Shown here one piece after another: positions 35,421-44,429 of a stretch of DNA of 64,000 nucleotides. Location: NCBI GenBank assembly GCA_964571695.1, contig CAZNDG010000001.1:139648-203647 (forward strand), written 5' to 3'. The notes under the pieces are model-generated. The model saw only the letters and a list, made by a program, of their open reading frames with translations. It was not told the DNA's origin and did no database searches. Within the stretch, counting starts at the first letter, position 1. The number at the start of each line of letters is the position of its first letter. Both the position numbers and the translations under genes were made by a program. The DNA is from an uncultured Syntrophus sp. GTDB lineage: Bacteria; Desulfobacterota; Syntrophia; Syntrophales; UBA8958.

Positions 35421-36992
35421 ATGAGCGAAAAGAATCGACAGGATAAGAATAAGGACAAACCGGCGCTGATGGCCAGTCGGCAACCGCGAATACTGTGCGT
35501 CGATGACGAGCGGTCAAGCCATGTTTACCTGGAGGCGATTCTGGCGCCGCAGGGATATGAACTGATTGACGCCTACAGTGGGGAAGAAGCGCTGCAGACC
35601 ATGCAGGACGAAAGGATCGACTTGGTGCTTCTGGACATCATGATGCCCGACATGGACGGCTACGAAGTCTGCCGCCGCATCAAGAGTGAAGAGCGCTTCG
35701 TTCACATTCCCGTCGTCATGCTCTCGGGTTTGCACTCAAAGGAGGCTCGGATCAAAAGCATCGAAGCCGGGGCGGAAGATTTCCTACAAAAGATGCAGAA
35801 CCAAGAGGAGGTTTCCGCGCGGGTCAGGATGCTGCTCCATGTCAAATCACTCAATGAACGGCTGATAAATTCATTTAACAATATAGCAAACCTAACCTCC
35901 TTCGGCGAGAATATAATCAGACATTTCGACCCCTTGCGCTTCGATTTCATGGAAAATATCGACAGCATCGTCCGGCAGATAATCAGAAGGACAGCCGACA
36001 TGATCGACAAGCCGCTGCTGATAATTGTGGGTATAAAAATGGGTGATACACCTTGGCAGTGGCATCATTATGAATATGTCTTCACCGAGTTGATCAGGAT
36101 GTCTGTCCCCTTCTACATAGATACCGACATGGCGATCCTTCCGGACCGGAAGTTGCCCAAGATGATCCACTTCAACGAACATGATTATCCCAAGCCACCA
36201 ATCCATGACGAGTTGAAGAAGCTTCAGACGATCAATGTCCATATTGGCAACGCCGTATGCTATCTCAGCGGGGAGTTGTGCATCTTTGCCGTCAATTATG
36301 GCCGGGCGGTTACCCAGTACGATGCCGCGGTACTGGAAAACATGGTCGTGCAGAGCCAGTTTCTCCGGTCCCTGGCTGCTCAGATCCAGGAGGTCGAAGA
36401 TGCTTTCAATTATGCTGTACGCGCTCTGGCCAGGGCAGCGGAAGCTAACGATGAAGATCAGGGAAAACATATTTTGCGGGTAGGCGAATATTGCGCCGTC
36501 CTGGCGGAACGATTGGGACTGGGCAAAGAATTCACCGCCGCCATAAAGATCCAGGCCACACTTCACGATGTAGGAAAGATCTTCACGCCCCCCGATATTT
36601 TACGCAAACCGGGCAAGCTTACCAGCGAGGAATGGATCGAAATAAAGAAGCATCCCGTTTACGGGGCTAAGATCATCGGCGACCACCCCCGTTTGGTGAT
36701 GGCCCAGAGCATCGCCCTCAATCATCACGAGCGATGGGACGGCAGTGGCTATCCCCGGGGGCTCAAGGGCCCGGCGATACCAATTGAGGCCCGGATAGCA
36801 AATCTCGCCGATCAATACGATGCCCTGCGCAACGCCAGGGGGCATAAACCCGCCCATGATCACAGCACCGTTTGCCGGATACTCAACCAGGGAGACGGGA
36901 GAACACTTCCCCAACATTTTGATCCCCAGGTCTTGAAGGCCTTCCGGGAGGCTGATTTTCTCTTTGCTAACATTTACAAGGAGATAATTTAG
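35421..36992 (+). CDS. Response regulator REC - unassigned (GAF-like?) middle region - HD-GYP domain
   Basis: 523 aa. The REC motifs are ILCVDDERSS, LLDIMMPDMDG and VMLSG. About 200 aa I cannot assign follow. The HD-GYP domain carries TLHDVGK, EEWIEIKKHP and HHERWDGSGYPRGL. The alternative start at 35469 (MASRQPRILCVDDE) may be the true one. Confidence 0.85.
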   Translation: MSEKNRQDKNKDKPALMASRQPRILCVDDERSSHVYLEAILAPQGYELIDAYSGEEALQTMQDERIDLVLLDIMMPDMDGYEVCRRIKSEERFVHIPVVMLSGLHSKEARIKSIEAGAEDFLQKMQNQEEVSARVRMLLHVKSLNERLINSFNNIANLTSFGENIIRHFDPLRFDFMENIDSIVRQIIRRTADMIDKPLLIIVGIKMGDTPWQWHHYEYVFTELIRMSVPFYIDTDMAILPDRKLPKMIHFNEHDYPKPPIHDELKKLQTINVHIGNAVCYLSGELCIFAVNYGRAVTQYDAAVLENMVVQSQFLRSLAAQIQEVEDAFNYAVRALARAAEANDEDQGKHILRVGEYCAVLAERLGLGKEFTAAIKIQATLHDVGKIFTPPDILRKPGKLTSEEWIEIKKHPVYGAKIIGDHPRLVMAQSIALNHHERWDGSGYPRGLKGPAIPIEARIANLADQYDALRNARGHKPAHDHSTVCRILNQGDGRTLPQHFDPQVLKAFREADFLFANIYKEII

Positions 36993-37138
36993 TTGCGATC
37001 GCATAGAAATCATTGTAACCATACATCAGCAACACAAATTGACTACCACCGGACAAATCATCATCTACTGCAATAAGTGTTAATGCAAAGGGAAACTTCG
37101 GCGGCAGGCAAGGTTGTTGACACAATTAACGGGGTGAT

Positions 37139-37594
37139 ATGACGATGCCGAAGATTTTTTATTGGGAAGATTTCCGGCCGGGGGACCGAATCGAGTCTCC
37201 CGGGATTACCGTTACGGAAGGCGCCATCATCGATTTTGCCCAGCGTTTCGATTCCCAGCCGTTTCATATGGACCGGGAGGCCGCAAAGGAGTCCATTTAC
37301 GGCGGCATAATCGCCAGCGGCATCCATACCGTGGCGCTTACCTGGCGCCTGCTCCTCTCGACCGGCGTCCTGACCGCCAACCTGGGTTCGCCGGGTTTCG
37401 ACGAGCTGCGGTGGCTGCGTCCCGTCCGTCCCGGCGACACCCTTCGGGCCGTCGCCGAAGTTATTGATGTGCGCCCCTCCACCCATCGTCCCGATCGCGG
37501 CACGGTGCGTCTCCGTTTGGCCACCATGAATCAGCATGGCGAAACAGTTCAGACCGTTCTGTGCAACCAATTGATCGCCAGACGCCGGGAATAG
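37139..37594 (+). CDS. MaoC-like (R)-specific enoyl-CoA hydratase/dehydratase (hotdog fold)
   Basis: 151 aa. ...FAQRFDSQPFHMDREAAKESIYGGIIASGIHT... is the MaoC dehydratase motif context. Confidence 0.8.
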   Translation: MTMPKIFYWEDFRPGDRIESPGITVTEGAIIDFAQRFDSQPFHMDREAAKESIYGGIIASGIHTVALTWRLLLSTGVLTANLGSPGFDELRWLRPVRPGDTLRAVAEVIDVRPSTHRPDRGTVRLRLATMNQHGETVQTVLCNQLIARRRE

Positions 37595-37669
37595 CGCAAT
37601 CCTGCCAATCAACCCTGTTCCTTGGGGTCCGCGCCGCTTGTCCATGCTTTATATTCTCGCTGAATCTCG

Positions 37670-37698
37670 TTGACAGCGGGAGGAAAACCCATATATAT
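37670..37698 (+). promoter_or_regulatory. Candidate sigma-70-type promoter for the lipoprotein/autotransporter unit
   Basis: TTGACA (37670-37675), a 17-18 nt spacer, then ATATAT/TATATG (37693-37699). Hairpin CCGTCA-GAA-TGACGG lies downstream in the leader. This is pattern match only. Confidence 0.35.
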
Positions 37699-37778
37699 GA
37701 TCCCGACATTTCCGGCGACCCCCGGTTTGCCGTCAGAATGACGGGAACATCCAACAGTTTTCAAATGCAAAAGGAGGA

Positions 37779-38348
37779 ATGAAAATGATTGCCCATAGAC
37801 ATGTATCAATATCACTGCTAACGTTTTTCGCCCTCATCGCATCTTTAATCGCCGGTTGCGCCGGCATGGACAAGGCCACCACGGGAGCGGCGGCGGGGGC
37901 CGGGATCGGCGCCCTGGCGGGACAGCTCATCGGCCACAATACCGCCGGCACCCTGATCGGGGCGGGCGTCGGGGCGGGTCTGGGCTACATCATCGGCAAC
38001 GAAATGGACAAAAGCGAAACATCCAAGCGCCAGACCATAACGGCGGATGAAACGAAGCCCCTGGCCGACACCACCTGGCAGATCGTCAAGGTCACCCCAA
38101 AACCAAAGCACAAGGATCCTTACACGTCCCGGGTTTCCCACTTTCAACCGAACGGCACCGTCATCTCCACGCTCATGAAACCCGACGGCAAGGTGGAAAC
38201 CACCAGGGAACGTTACCGTATCGTCGGCGCCACCCTGATCATCAATCATGACAATTATGTGGTGAACGCCCGCTTCCAGATCAACGGGAACCAGATGATC
38301 CTGGATACGGGAGAATACAGTATGGTCCTGCAACGTCTCGATTCTTAG
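37779..38348 (+). CDS. Lipoprotein with glycine-zipper segment
   Basis: 189 aa. The lipobox is LIASLIAGC. The glycine zipper is GAAAGAGIGALAGQLIGHNTAGTLIGAGVGAGLGYIIG. I do not recognise the C-terminal beta-rich domain. Confidence 0.6.
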   Translation: MKMIAHRHVSISLLTFFALIASLIAGCAGMDKATTGAAAGAGIGALAGQLIGHNTAGTLIGAGVGAGLGYIIGNEMDKSETSKRQTITADETKPLADTTWQIVKVTPKPKHKDPYTSRVSHFQPNGTVISTLMKPDGKVETTRERYRIVGATLIINHDNYVVNARFQINGNQMILDTGEYSMVLQRLDS

Positions 38349-38438
38349 GAGGCTCCTGATGATCATCAAGGCAGAAAGCAAAAACCATTACGCGCAAGGA
38401 AGTTTTGCATTCGTTCCAAACGACTGACGAGCAAGACT

Positions 38439-41400
38439 ATGACGAAAAGCCTCCGGGTTATCGCCGCGGTGTTGCCCATCCTGTCGATATGGATCTGCCT
38501 TGTCATCGCAGCTCCGTGCCTTGCCCCACCCCTCCATGCCCAGGGGGCTTACTTCAGCCCCACGGAAAAGAACGATCCTTACTTCTTTCCCCTGACCAGC
38601 GGCGGTAATGGCTACCCCGGCCAGTGGCACCTCTGGAACAAGGCCCCCCTCGGCGATGTCAACAAGGGACAAAGCGCCGGTCTGGAAAAGGCATGGAACA
38701 TTGAAGGCACTTCCGGTTACACGGGGCGGGGCGTCGTCATCGGGATCGTCGATGACGGTGTGGAGGGGACCCACGAGGACCTGAAGGATAACTATCGTGC
38801 CGATTTGAGCAAGATCTTCAGCCAGGACGACTCCCTCGCCGCCCGGGTTCAGGGGCCCGTAGATGGCGGCGACAATCACGGCACCGCCGTGGCCGGCGTC
38901 GCCGCCGCCCGGGGAGGAAACGGCATCGGCGGCACGGGCGCCGCCCCCTTTGCCTCTATTGCCGGACTCCGCGTCCGTCTGGGGAAAGGTTTACCCGGCG
39001 ACCCGTCTGGCACTGTTCAGGACTCCTACGACGCATATCTATGGAAGTCCGGTCTCAACAACGCCACCCTGGCCATCGAGGCTGCCCCGGAGATCCACAT
39101 CAAAAACCACAGCTATGGCCCTGAAGAACCCTTTGAGATCGGCGAGGGGAGTGAACGGATCAAGGATATCCTCAAGGCGACGTCGGAAAATGCCGTTGTT
39201 CATGTTTTTTCCGCTGGGAATGCCCGGAACCGGGATAAAGATACAAAAAAGGTCAGTTGCGAGGACGCCAACAAGGATTTCACCATCACATCTCCGTATG
39301 TCATGGCCGTCGCCGCACTGGGAAGCGACGGAACCTATTCCTATTACAGCAGCTACGGGGCCAACGTCTTTGTCACCGCCCCGTCGAGTTCCTATGCCAA
39401 CTATCTCGGCATCACGACGACGGACCGGACGGGTGCGGATTACGGCTACAACAAGTATGACGCCGTGAAGAATCCCGACGGCGACTCCCGGGACGCCTTC
39501 CCCAATACGAACTACACCAGCACCTTTGGCGGCACCTCCTCTTCCGCGCCCCTCGTCTCGGGCATCATGGCCCTGGGCAAGGAGGCCAATCCCCTGATGA
39601 CGATCCGCATGGCCAAGCACGCCCTTTCCCTCCCTACGGTAACGGACAAGGTAGATGCCGACAATGCCGAATGGGTATTGAACAACCAATCTAAAGGGGG
39701 CGATGGTGTCCAGCGGAACTTCAACCCCAACTACGGCTTCGGCCTCATCCAGGCCGACAAGTTCGTCAATAAGATTGCCGAGGTGGCCTATGTCACCAAG
39801 GAACGAATTGTGGACATCAACGCCACGAAGGTGAATCAGGCCATCCCCGACAACGATCCCGCCGGCCGTTCCGTGACCTTCGCCATCAATCCCGCCCTGC
39901 CCATCGAAAGCATCGAGGTGGGCTTGCAGTTTTCCCATGATCGGCGCGGGGACCTCCGGGCTTATCTGATCTCTCCCGATGGGACGGAAAACCGCCTCTT
40001 CAACGACACGAGCGTCACCATCGCCAACAAGGACCATCAGGACAATGAAAACGTTACGGAGTTTGATTGGACCTTCCTCACCAACGCCTTCTGGGGAGAG
40101 CAGCAAAGCGGGGCCTGGACCCTGAAGCTGGTCGATGTTACGGAGAAAAACACCGGCACCTGGCTCCAGTACGGCCTCCGTTTTCATCTCGGGAAGATGG
40201 AACTTCAGAAGGACGGGGCTGTCGATTTCGGGGCCAACAATATCGAGGCGGAATCTCTGACGATGACCAAATATGACAACGCCAGCTACAAGATCAACAA
40301 CGGCTATACCTTTACCGTCCGTGACGGCCTCACCCTCAAGAAGGGCGCCATCGAGGTCAACGGCACCTTCAATCTCGGGGGGGCTTACGATTCCGTCATC
40401 GACGGGAAGCTGACCGGCGCGACAGCCGGGGTATTTTACAAATCCGGAGTGGGTACCCTGACCGTCAATGGCGACGCCTCCTCCTTCTCCGGCACCACGG
40501 ACATCGGCGCCGGCCGCCTCAAGATGGGCGCCGGAGGCGTCCTGGGGGGAAACGTCGAGATCCGCGGCGGCGGCACGCTCAGCGGCACGGGCAAGGTGAG
40601 TACGGTCTTCGCCAATAAGGGCATGGTGGAACCGGGCAACTCCATCGGCACCCTGACGGTAACCGGGAACTACACCCAGAATGCCGCCGGCGGGCTCACC
40701 ATCGAAGTGGCCTCGACGACAAGCAACGACATCCTCGCCGTCGGCGGCGTGGCGGAACTCGACGGCCTGCTGAAGACCGTCTGGCAGGGCAGCGGCGTGC
40801 CCAAACCCAACACCCGGTTTGCCAGTTTCCTTACCGCGGGAAAGGTTATCGGCGGTTTTGCCCGCTTGTCGACCTACATCAGCCCCACCTTGAAATTCAC
40901 TCCTCTGTACACCGACGACGCCAAGGAGGTTTACCTGCTCACGGAGCGCGATTACGCCAACTCCTCGCTCCAGTCCTCCCTGAATCCCAATCAGCGGGCG
41001 GTCAGCAACATGCTCAGCCCCCTGGCCAACAGCGCCTCGGGAGACCTGGATGCGGTCCTGAGCAAGATCGACGCCCTGACCTCCGACCCCCAGGTGGCCG
41101 CCGCCTTCGACGCCCTCAGCCCCATCGGCGGTGCCGCCCATACCACCATGTCGAGCCGGGCCGCCGTCTTTCAGGCGGGCAACGCCACCGGCCGCCTCGA
41201 TGATTTGCGCGCCGGGATGCAGGGGTTCAGTTTTTCCGGCCTGGAGATCATCGATGCGGATATTTACCGCCGTCATGACCGCCGTCCCGTCGTCCTGGCC
41301 GCCAACGGCGACGATCTTCGGGGCATGCTCGCCGCGACGGCGGATCCGAACTGGGGCCTCTTCGCCAAGGGGAGCATGATCCTGGGGGACCAGAAGGACA

Positions 41401-42179
41401 CCCCGGACCAGAAGGGCTATGATTTCCGGAACAACGGCATCACGCTGGGCATGGACTACCGCTTCGCCCCCCGGGCGGTGGCCGGGGTGCTCTTCGGCTA
41501 TAACTACGCCAAATCATCCGTCAACGACGCCGGCAGCACCGTAAAGATGGAAGGATATTCTGCCGGACTTTACGGATCTCTTTTCGGTGACGCCCTGTAC
41601 GGCGACGCCCAGGTAGGCTGCGGCTGGAACCGTTACGACAACAACCGCCGGATCGTCTTCCCCGGCCTGGACCGGACCGCGACTTCCAGCCCGTCCGGCG
41701 ACCAGTTCTCCGCCTACGGCGGTACCGGCTATGATTTCAAGCGGGGGAACTGGACCCTGGGGCCGACCCTCTCACTCCAATACATTCGCCTCAGCGTCGG
41801 CGATTATACGGAAACCGGCGCCGGCTCCCTGAACCTACATGTGGACCGCAAATCCGTGGAATCGCTCCTGGGCAGCGCCGGAGGACGAATCGCCTGGCGG
41901 TGGGAGGGGGAAGGGATCAAGCTTTTCCCCCGCCTCTGGGCGGCGTGGCGTCATGAATTCGCCGCTGCCGATCAGTCCACCCTTGCCTCCCTGGCCCAGA
42001 CCGGATCGGCCTTCACCGTGACCGCTCCTGGGCTGGAAAGCAACTACCTCGCCGCCGGGGCGGGCATATCTCTGCAATGGCGGGCGTTGGCCACGTTCTT
42101 TCTGAACTACGACGTCCAGTTCGGGCAGCACGAATTCTGGGCCCAGGGCGTCAACGCCGGGGTAAGACTTGCTTTTTGA
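38439..42179 (+). CDS. Subtilisin-family (S8) serine protease with kexin-type P-domain, beta-helical passenger repeats and C-terminal autotransporter beta-barrel
   Basis: 1246 aa with a signal peptide. The S8 triad contexts are GIVDDGV, DNHGTAVAGVAAA and GGTSSSAPLVSGIMAL. The P-domain-like segment is ...LQFSHDRRGDLRAYLISPDGTE.... Autotransporter-associated repeats follow (GTLTVNGDASSFSGTTDIGAGRLKMG...). The C-terminal barrel ends ...GVNAGVRLAF. Confidence 0.85.
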   Translation: MTKSLRVIAAVLPILSIWICLVIAAPCLAPPLHAQGAYFSPTEKNDPYFFPLTSGGNGYPGQWHLWNKAPLGDVNKGQSAGLEKAWNIEGTSGYTGRGVVIGIVDDGVEGTHEDLKDNYRADLSKIFSQDDSLAARVQGPVDGGDNHGTAVAGVAAARGGNGIGGTGAAPFASIAGLRVRLGKGLPGDPSGTVQDSYDAYLWKSGLNNATLAIEAAPEIHIKNHSYGPEEPFEIGEGSERIKDILKATSENAVVHVFSAGNARNRDKDTKKVSCEDANKDFTITSPYVMAVAALGSDGTYSYYSSYGANVFVTAPSSSYANYLGITTTDRTGADYGYNKYDAVKNPDGDSRDAFPNTNYTSTFGGTSSSAPLVSGIMALGKEANPLMTIRMAKHALSLPTVTDKVDADNAEWVLNNQSKGGDGVQRNFNPNYGFGLIQADKFVNKIAEVAYVTKERIVDINATKVNQAIPDNDPAGRSVTFAINPALPIESIEVGLQFSHDRRGDLRAYLISPDGTENRLFNDTSVTIANKDHQDNENVTEFDWTFLTNAFWGEQQSGAWTLKLVDVTEKNTGTWLQYGLRFHLGKMELQKDGAVDFGANNIEAESLTMTKYDNASYKINNGYTFTVRDGLTLKKGAIEVNGTFNLGGAYDSVIDGKLTGATAGVFYKSGVGTLTVNGDASSFSGTTDIGAGRLKMGAGGVLGGNVEIRGGGTLSGTGKVSTVFANKGMVEPGNSIGTLTVTGNYTQNAAGGLTIEVASTTSNDILAVGGVAELDGLLKTVWQGSGVPKPNTRFASFLTAGKVIGGFARLSTYISPTLKFTPLYTDDAKEVYLLTERDYANSSLQSSLNPNQRAVSNMLSPLANSASGDLDAVLSKIDALTSDPQVAAAFDALSPIGGAAHTTMSSRAAVFQAGNATGRLDDLRAGMQGFSFSGLEIIDADIYRRHDRRPVVLAANGDDLRGMLAATADPNWGLFAKGSMILGDQKDTPDQKGYDFRNNGITLGMDYRFAPRAVAGVLFGYNYAKSSVNDAGSTVKMEGYSAGLYGSLFGDALYGDAQVGCGWNRYDNNRRIVFPGLDRTATSSPSGDQFSAYGGTGYDFKRGNWTLGPTLSLQYIRLSVGDYTETGAGSLNLHVDRKSVESLLGSAGGRIAWRWEGEGIKLFPRLWAAWRHEFAAADQSTLASLAQTGSAFTVTAPGLESNYLAAGAGISLQWRALATFFLNYDVQFGQHEFWAQGVNAGVRLAF

Positions 42180-42350
42180 ACCTTTGTTCAGCGTACGACG
42201 GCCGGGCTCCGGTTGCGGCCAAGGATGGAGATTCAGGCATTCAAGGCATTTCACGCCACCCTCAGTCAATGCCTTTATCGGATAACCCTATAAGCAAAGC
42301 CGCTTCGAGCGGCGGCCCATCTTCTTACCCCGGGACGGCGATCTTTGGGG

Positions 42351-43274
42351 TCAGAAATTCACGTTTTCCATGCCTTTGAGATTAAGGATCCGCCGGGCCT
42401 CGTCGGGGGTAGCGGGTTCGATGCCCAGTTCCCGGGCGATGCGTACGACCTTCTCCACCTGCTCCGCATTGCTCTTAGCCAGCACTCCTTTGGCGATGTA
42501 GAGATTGTCCTCCAGCCCCACCCGGACATTTCCTCCCATGAGCAGCGACTGGGTGCACATGGGAAACTGCTGGCGGCCGGCGGCGCAAACGGAAAACTCG
42601 AATTCGCCGATGAGCCGGCGGGCGTAATCGATGAGAAAAATCAGGTTTTCCGGAGAGGATGAGATGCCGCCCAGGATCCCCAGGACAAACTGGAGAAACA
42701 AGGGCTTGCGGACGTGACCACGGGACATCATGAAGGCGATATTGTTGATCATCCCGGCATCATAGGCCTCCAGTTCCGGCTTCGTTCCCTGTTCGTCGAA
42801 TACCTGCAGAAACTGACGGATCGATTTGAAGGTATTGGGAAAGATGAAATCTTCCGTCATCTCCAGATAGGCCCGCTCCCAGTCGAACTTGTATTCGTTG
42901 TATTTATCCAACTTGTGAAACGTGGCGAAGTTGATGGAGCCGGCATTGAGGGTCGCCAGTTCCGGCTTGAAGATCCGGACGGGCCGGACGCGCTGCTCCA
43001 CCGTCATTCCGATGCCGCCGCCGGTGGAGATGCAGACGATGGCCCGGCAGCGGTTCTTGATCTTCGCCATGACTTCCTCGATGAGGGTTACGTCGGGCGA
43101 CGGCCGCCCCGTTTCCGGGTTCCGGACATGGATATGGCATATCGCCGCACCGGCCTCGCAGGCCCGCACCGATTCATCGACGATCTGCTGGGGGGTGATG
43201 GGCAGATGGGGTGACATGGCCGGGGTGTGGACGCCGCCGGTAATGGCGGCGGTAACAATCGCTTTTCCTTCCAT
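42351..43274 (-). CDS. BKACE family enzyme (3-keto-5-aminohexanoate cleavage enzyme-like, DUF849)
   Basis: 307 aa. MEGKAIVTAAITGGVHTPAMSPHLPITPQQIVDESVRACEAGAAICHIHVRNPETGRPS... is the characteristic BKACE N-terminal TIM-barrel pattern. Confidence 0.8.
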   Translation of the reverse strand: MEGKAIVTAAITGGVHTPAMSPHLPITPQQIVDESVRACEAGAAICHIHVRNPETGRPSPDVTLIEEVMAKIKNRCRAIVCISTGGGIGMTVEQRVRPVRIFKPELATLNAGSINFATFHKLDKYNEYKFDWERAYLEMTEDFIFPNTFKSIRQFLQVFDEQGTKPELEAYDAGMINNIAFMMSRGHVRKPLFLQFVLGILGGISSSPENLIFLIDYARRLIGEFEFSVCAAGRQQFPMCTQSLLMGGNVRVGLEDNLYIAKGVLAKSNAEQVEKVVRIARELGIEPATPDEARRILNLKGMENVNF

Positions 43275-43369
43275 TGATTAGAACTCCTTAAAATATTACT
43301 CTCGTCGGCATCCGCTTCGGATCCGATTATTTTCCTGCTCGCCCCGGCCGTTCCCGGGATAAACCACCG

Positions 43370-44377
43370 TCATGGCAGCCGGCCCTCCCGGCGCAATTTT
43401 TCCGTCGCCTGCCGGACGGCCGGCATGGCCGCCGCCGCCGCCTTTTCCCCTTCGAGAATCGCCTCATGGCGGCGGGAAAGATCGGTGCCGGCGATGGACC
43501 CCACATTGGGTCTGATCACCACATCCGCCCCGCGAAGATGGCTCACGGCGATCCGATTGTACATGATGTCGATGGACTTGAGAATGGTGTCGATGGTCCC
43601 CTGAGGGGCCGTCGTGCTTACCCCGCCGGAGATATCGACGGCGATGACCAGATCGGCGCCATAGCGCCGGGCTGTTTCCACGGCCACGGGGGCCACCACC
43701 CCGCCATCGACATAGACGGAGCCTCCGAAACGCGGCGGCTGAAAAACCCCGGGGACCGAACAACTGGCCCGGACTGCCATCCCGGCGTTACCCTGACCGA
43801 AGACCATCTCCTCTCCCGTCTGGATATTCGTCGCCACCGCATGAAAGGGAATGCGGAACCTTTCGATGGGGGTGTTCCGCACGGCATTGTTGACATATCT
43901 CTGCAGTTTCTCGCCTTTCACGAAGCCGTTGTCCGGAATGGTGAGATCGGCGATATCGTCTTTGTCCAGGGACATGGCCAGTCCCTGGAGCTGGTAGGGA
44001 TTGTATCCATATGCATACAGGGCGCCAACAAAACTCCCGGCGCTGGTGCCCACGACCATGTGAATGGGGATGGTATTCGCCTCCAGGACCTTCAGAACGC
44101 CGATATGGGCGAAACCCTTGGCCGCCCCGGCTCCCAGCACTACCGCCACCCGGGCCGGTGCCGTCGGGGTCGGCGAAGCTTTCGGCATACAGCCGGCAAC
44201 AAGGAGGGTCAGGCACAAAAGGATCGCCGCCGGCCCAGCCGCCGCCCATAACCGCTGCTTATGTCTTTTCACACCCCCCGGATCGATTTCCCCGCTGCGG
44301 TTGGCGGGACGGTTCCGCGACTGAGGTGGACTTAAAAAAGGCAGACAGCTCATCTTTATCTCTATTTTCCCTTTCAA
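43370..44377 (-). CDS. Patatin-like phospholipase, probable lipoprotein
   Basis: 335 aa with a TTG start (start uncertain). The lipobox is LLVAGC. The patatin motifs are LGAGAAKGFAHIGVL (glycine-rich), GTSAGS (GxSxG) and VDGGV (Asp). Confidence 0.85.
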   Translation of the reverse strand: MKGKIEIKMSCLPFLSPPQSRNRPANRSGEIDPGGVKRHKQRLWAAAGPAAILLCLTLLVAGCMPKASPTPTAPARVAVVLGAGAAKGFAHIGVLKVLEANTIPIHMVVGTSAGSFVGALYAYGYNPYQLQGLAMSLDKDDIADLTIPDNGFVKGEKLQRYVNNAVRNTPIERFRIPFHAVATNIQTGEEMVFGQGNAGMAVRASCSVPGVFQPPRFGGSVYVDGGVVAPVAVETARRYGADLVIAVDISGGVSTTAPQGTIDTILKSIDIMYNRIAVSHLRGADVVIRPNVGSIAGTDLSRRHEAILEGEKAAAAAMPAVRQATEKLRREGRLP

Positions 44378-44429
44378 CTTTAAACATCTCCTGTCATTTC
44401 CTGTCCTTACATTATTCCAGCCGCCGTTC

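Noticed and set aside
39039-41276. A 745-aa ORF on the minus strand, the second-longest ORF in its region.
   Set aside because: It lies entirely antisense to the S8 autotransporter gene. The sequence is a G/A/R/P/V-rich low-complexity string with no recognisable motif. This is the usual shadow ORF of GC-rich coding DNA.
43370-44377. Patatin phospholipase considered as a CBASS or other defence effector.
   Set aside because: No CD-NTase or cyclase, SAVED or other sensor gene is nearby. The protein has a lipoprotein signal and looks like an RssA/YlbK-type envelope lipase.
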